Below are positions 62,690-64,000 of a DNA stretch of 64,000 bases, one piece after another. Origin of the DNA: an uncultured Enterocloster sp. (GTDB lineage Bacteria; Bacillota; Clostridia; Lachnospirales; Lachnospiraceae). Position numbers and translations under genes: made by a program. The notes beneath the pieces were generated by a model. The model saw nothing but the letters and a program-made list of their open reading frames with translations, ran no database searches and was not told where the DNA came from. How positions within the stretch are numbered: the first letter of the stretch is position 1; each line of letters starts with the position of its first letter. The DNA is taken from the NCBI GenBank assembly GCA_944383785.1, contig CALWQV010000002.1:25721-89720 (forward strand), in the 5' to 3' direction.

Positions 62690-63985
62690 CTAGTAGTTCT
62701 TCAGCTGTGTCTTGATTCTGGGGTCGATAAATGTGTAAAGAATATCTACCAGCAGGTTTGCAAAGCTGATGGCCACAGAACAGTATACCACGCTGGCTAC
62801 AACAGCCGGCGTATCCGGCACAAACTCTTTTTCTACAATGTAGGTTCCAATACCGCTGATTCCAAATACCTTCTCGGTGGTGGGCGCTCCCGCGATAATG
62901 CCGCCGAACTGCATGCCTACCATTGTGATGATGGGAATCAGGGCGTTTCTTAAAATGTGGCGGAAGGTAACAACCCGCTCGCTTAAGCCCTTGGCCCGCG
63001 CGGTCATAATATAGTCGGAGGACTTTACCTCCAGCATACTGGATCTTGTCATCCGGGCAATGCCTGCCGCGTATACCGTTCCCAGAACAAAGGCAGGCAT
63101 GATAATGCTCTTCCACTCTCCCGGCTTATAAATCGCCGGCAGCCATCCCAGTTTGATTGAGAAGTTTAAAACCAGCATCAGTCCCAGCCAGAACTGGGGA
63201 ATTGATAAAGCCAGCAGCACGATCAGCATGGAAAGATTGTCAAAGGCGCTGTACTGACGGATTGCGGAAATGACGCCCACAATGATTCCCGTAAGAACCG
63301 CCCAGGTCAGTGAACACAAGGCCAGCTGGATCGTTACCGGGAATCTTCTGGCGATTGCCTCGCTGATGATTTCATTTCCCACATAAGAACGGCCCAGGTC
63401 AAAGGTCGCGATCCGCTTTACCGTGTCTAAGAACTGCACCAGATAGGGCTTATTCAGTCCATAGATCTCCCGGAACTGTTCGATCTGCTCCGGAGTCGCC
63501 TTATCCCCCAGAATATTCACCGCCGGGTCCGACGGAGAGATATACAGGATGGAAAATACCAGAAAGATTACGCCCAGCAGCACGAAAACCAGCATGGCCA
63601 TCCGCTCTACCGTAAACTTCAGGTAAGGCCTCATATAAAGAGCAATCAGCAGGTACATTGGAAAAGACACAATGACGGAAAACACCAAAAACGGTGCTTT
63701 GCTTAACAACGCCACAAAGGTATCATGAAACTCGCTGGTCCGGCTGATATCAAATCCTTCCGCTTCCAGAAGCCGGTCAATCTGCCCTTCAAACTCCTGA
63801 CAGGCAATTTTGTCCGCCTGGCGCTTCATGTCCCCTTCCGGCTCGCTCTTTTTGAAAAACTCATTTTTCCGCCGGATCTGCTGCAGGGCTTCCGCCTCCA
63901 AAGCTGCCAGCACTCCCTGAGCCGTCAGTTCTTTCGTCAGCTGCTCCCTGCGGGTTCTGGCCGGATTATTTTCCTTATTCGCCAT
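62690..63985 (-). CDS. OppB-type ABC permease with an N-terminal extension of about 120 aa
   Basis: The canonical OppB body starts near YLKFTVERMAMLVF. It is preceded by a charged coiled-looking segment and one TM helix. No stop lies upstream before the window edge, so the true start could be outside the window. Confidence 0.8.
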   Translation of the reverse strand: MANKENNPARTRREQLTKELTAQGVLAALEAEALQQIRRKNEFFKKSEPEGDMKRQADKIACQEFEGQIDRLLEAEGFDISRTSEFHDTFVALLSKAPFLVFSVIVSFPMYLLIALYMRPYLKFTVERMAMLVFVLLGVIFLVFSILYISPSDPAVNILGDKATPEQIEQFREIYGLNKPYLVQFLDTVKRIATFDLGRSYVGNEIISEAIARRFPVTIQLALCSLTWAVLTGIIVGVISAIRQYSAFDNLSMLIVLLALSIPQFWLGLMLVLNFSIKLGWLPAIYKPGEWKSIIMPAFVLGTVYAAGIARMTRSSMLEVKSSDYIMTARAKGLSERVVTFRHILRNALIPIITMVGMQFGGIIAGAPTTEKVFGISGIGTYIVEKEFVPDTPAVVASVVYCSVAISFANLLVDILYTFIDPRIKTQLKNY

Positions 63986-64000
63986 CTGTACCAGCTTGAC

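Noticed and set aside
62670-63116. A 148-aa minus-strand ORF overlapping the 3' part of the OppB-type permease in another frame.
   Set aside because: Arg/Gly/His-rich out-of-frame product. The permease frame carries the conserved ABC permease motifs.

Overview
64-kb chromosomal window that looks like an anaerobic Firmicute of the class Clostridia. The families present (PDDEXK_2/Rpn transposase-like genes, DUF3810, DUF4432, DUF134-NifX, triple feoA) are typical of Lachnospiraceae-type gut clostridia. The taxon call is inference, and GC looks mid-50s percent by eye, not computed.

Layout, left to right:
1. tRNA-Lys(CTT) behind a consensus promoter. Its 3' half plus terminator is duplicated 2.3 kb downstream. 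The two copies bracket a small decayed integrative element carrying a tyrosine recombinase catalytic domain, a Rep_trans-like fragment, an RHH protein, and a candidate type I toxin-antitoxin pair that is below the ORF-track size cutoff.
2. An Opp/Dpp-type peptide ABC operon (B-C-D-F-A) plus a cyclophilin.
3. An internally deleted PDDEXK_2/Rpn-like gene.
4. A divergent RpiR regulator next to a TIM-barrel isomerase, an FbpA/AfuA-type ABC importer and a PHP phosphatase.
5. A DUF3810 gene with one in-frame TAA, an M3-like membrane peptidase, a MATE exporter and an intact Rpn-like gene.
6. A LUD-domain protein and a 736-aa sigma-70/ECF-like factor fused to transmembrane segments and two SH3b domains.
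7. A Liv-type ABC transporter with a GntR regulator, followed by a separately promoted enzyme operon (DUF4432, amidohydrolase_2, SDR, URO-D-like).
8. An 8-kb metal-related island. It holds a 26-aa membrane micropeptide, a DUF6110-like protein and a P1B ATPase with a non-canonical SCA motif; a divergent ferredoxin plus a Fer4 membrane protein; a DUF134-NifX-His/Cys-tail fusion behind a promoter embedded in a perfect 17-bp inverted repeat; and feoA x3, feoB, a Fur N-domain-only protein and a Cys-rich-TM/HMA fusion.
9. Housekeeping genes: metallophosphoesterase, HAD hydrolase, xpt, a lipoprotein trigger-factor-like PPIase, an M18 aminopeptidase, an LRR-like protein, a GT2 synthase and ilvE.
10. 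A second peptide ABC operon whose two permeases carry unusual N-terminal extensions, coupled to an amidohydrolase and an S9 peptidase.

I found no CRISPR array, rRNA, reverse transcriptase or recognisable defence cassette. The best candidates for something under-described are the metal island (especially the micropeptide/DUF6110-like/SCA-ATPase operon and the DUF134-NifX unit), the membrane-tethered sigma fusion, and the type I TA-like module. All family assignments come from motif recognition by eye, not from database searches.
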